From Bugula neritina (taxonomy: Eukaryota; Animalia; Bryozoa), in contig OZ037767.1 in NCBI GenBank assembly GCA_964035545.1, positions 5,658,707 through 5,722,706 of the forward strand: DNA of 64,000 bases, in the 5' to 3' direction. The notes beneath the pieces were generated by a model. That model was not told where the DNA came from. It worked only from the letters and a program-made list of their open reading frames with translations, and ran no database searches. Of this stretch, positions 61,901 to 64,000 are shown one piece after another. The translations under genes and the position numbers were made by a program. The first letter of the stretch is position 1, and every line of letters begins with the position of its first letter.

Positions 61901-63599
61901 CTACATGCATGTCTCACATACCACATGTTGATAAACAAGTGTTATATGGTTTTATAACTTTTTTACAATCATAGTTCATGATTGTAGATAGATTTCCAGG
62001 CTAATGATAAGTGAAATAGTAAGATTGACAATGCTGTGTATGCTGATTTATCATGTGTACCTGCGTTTGCCTTAGTCTTAGCTCATAGTTACCCCAACCG
62101 CATACACAATACACAATCTGGATTATGTTACAGTGCTAATAGTGGTTTGCAGTCATGTTAGCTGAAGGACATTAGTGTGACTATAAGAACTTGTGGTATA
62201 AGATTCAGTTTTCTTCACTTCTAAACTGACTTGATACTCTCCTAGCAATAGACTACTGCATTGTAATACAACGTGTAAAGTAATGAGCTCTAATAGCCTC
62301 ATGAACCTCAACAAATATAAATATACCTTTCTGGGTGGTTAGAAGGTTGACCCTCTGTTCAGAAAATAAGATTCCAGCTAAGTTTATGGTGCTTAACAGC
62401 ATTAAACCATTTATTATAGTTGAGAGCAAAAATTACTTCATAATGTAATCATTATTAATGGAGTGAAACTTATAATTGATGAATTTAATTCCCTTTTAAT
62501 TACCTACAAGTATAATGACTGCTATAGCCAGAGATGTTGTGTACAAGTATGCTTATGTACTTACATATGTGTATACACTGATTGTACATCATTATACGTA
62601 CATGTATTTCAGATGCCACACGTAAATTGCCACTATACTTGAAACATAAAAATGAAATTGATATTTAATATCATGATATATTGGTATAATATTATGATAT
62701 ATTGATACGGTATTATGATATATTGATATGGTATTATGATATATTAAAATAATATTATTATTATGTATTGACATAATAATATGATATACTGATATACTAT
62801 TATGATATATTGAAATACTATTATGATAATATATTGATATATAATTTTTACCTGCAGATCAGATAAAGAGGCTGCCAGTAGATGGTATTACTGGAAGTTG
62901 AAGCCTGAGGATGTGACTCCAGGCACGAAATTGTTTGTGTGGTTCAGCTACTGTCTCCACAACCTGTCAGTCTGGCTGGTGCTCTATCTCCAGCATAAGC
63001 AGAAGGTTTGTCACAGAAGTAGCTACATTGGGGAGATAACTTCCATATAACTGTACAAAACGTGTTATACAAAATACAAGTGCAGGTCAAAATCAATGCA
63101 CTTAGTCATATCTACTGACATGTAGAAAGCAATAAATCAGACTTGAGACTCCTTAAACATTAAAACAGGTTGAATTAACTAATGCAATTGAGTACAACAT
63201 CATAGGTTTAAGCTGGTAAATTTGATTTTAATTTAATTTCAAATTGATTTTAATTTAATTTTAAATTGATTTTAATTGCTATTCCAAATGTTCAAGGGGA
63301 TCTATCTAATTCAATCATCAATTATTCAAGCCGGTTTTAAACCAAGATATTATTTTTAAACATTTTTTTTCAATGATAGCCTGGGCTTCTTGTAATTTAG
63401 TACTAATGATGAGCAATGTTTGCTTTTTAGAGCTTTTCTGACGTGAACGGAAAATATGAGAAGAAATATTCTAATACACCAGATAAATATAATCTGATAC
63501 TCTTTGGTTTAAACGTCTTCTTTCATCTCCTGCATCTGCTGAACACTCACACCACGTACGATGGTACGGCTGCTGATACTAGCGAGGCCAGTTCTCAAA
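58930..63599 (+). CDS. Uncharacterised multi-pass membrane protein, 5' part (continues beyond the last resolved exon)
   Basis: 6 phase-consistent exons: 58930-59022, 59686-59733, 60020-60158, 61676-61787, 62858-63005, 63431-63599. Three hydrophobic segments; motifs WYYWKL, WFSYCLHNLSVW, NVFFHLLHLLNTHTTYDG..D...SSQ. Probable 5'UTR exon at 58612-58731. Confidence 0.8.
62670..62845. repeat. 21-bp AT-rich minisatellite
   Basis: Unit approximately TATTATGATATATTGATACGG, several copies, ending just before the acceptor at 62857. Confidence 0.8.
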
Positions 63600-64000
63600 G
63601 TGAGTCAGTTTTTTCGTTTTGAAAATGAGTCATGCCGGTTACTTACATGCTCAAAGTGACTCAGCTACTTACATTCGCAGAGTGAGTTTTTGAGTCCATG
63701 CGAATGTTTTGCAACTATTATTTTTTAAAAATATGTCTGTACAAATTGTTATGAAATTATTTAATTTATAATTCTGAAGCCTAAATGAGTTAATATTTCT
63801 TTCATGAAAACTCGTTGTTTGGCTTTTTGAAATGATCTATTGTTTGACAACAGGTAGCATTTCTGGTCATATACCATATTCGTGTGCTGCAATCACGATA
63901 GTTGTTAAAATAATGATAAGATTAGCTGCCTTTGCACTTTTCTGCACAAAGTTAGCTTACTTCTGGATGTTTCATTTATTTTTAGATGTCATTTTATAAT

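Noticed and set aside
63854-63998. Next exon of the membrane protein gene
   Set aside because: An open phase-compatible stretch exists but has weak support and sits at the window edge.

Overview
AT-rich, intron-rich animal genomic DNA, most likely from an invertebrate; the species cannot be determined. Most of the window (<7907-43923, minus strand) is one large EF-hand plus WD40 gene of the WDR49(CFAP337)/EFCAB8/WDY type. I traced 22 phase-consistent coding exons (1254 codons), and the 3' end runs off the left edge. Its introns hold: (1) a complete, apparently very young Ty3/Gypsy LTR retrotransposon (311-7600) with a -1 frameshift pseudoknot and a duplicated, covarying RNA structure in a long U5; (2) a decayed Academ DNA transposon containing an RTE LINE fragment; (3) a complete 7-exon class A GPCR gene on the SAME strand as the host, with an atypical charged pocket; (4) a complete 8-exon antisense gene for a type I membrane protein with an NHL-like beta-propeller ectodomain; (5) a tRNA-like element, tRNA-derived SINEs and MITEs. 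Upstream lies an SDCCAG8 homologue (minus strand, 45538 to about 55515) with two intronic minisatellites. Divergently from it is the 5' part of a His-rich multi-pass membrane protein gene resembling an uncharacterised bacterial-type family. All gene models were built by hand from splice signals and reading phase; no database searches were run.
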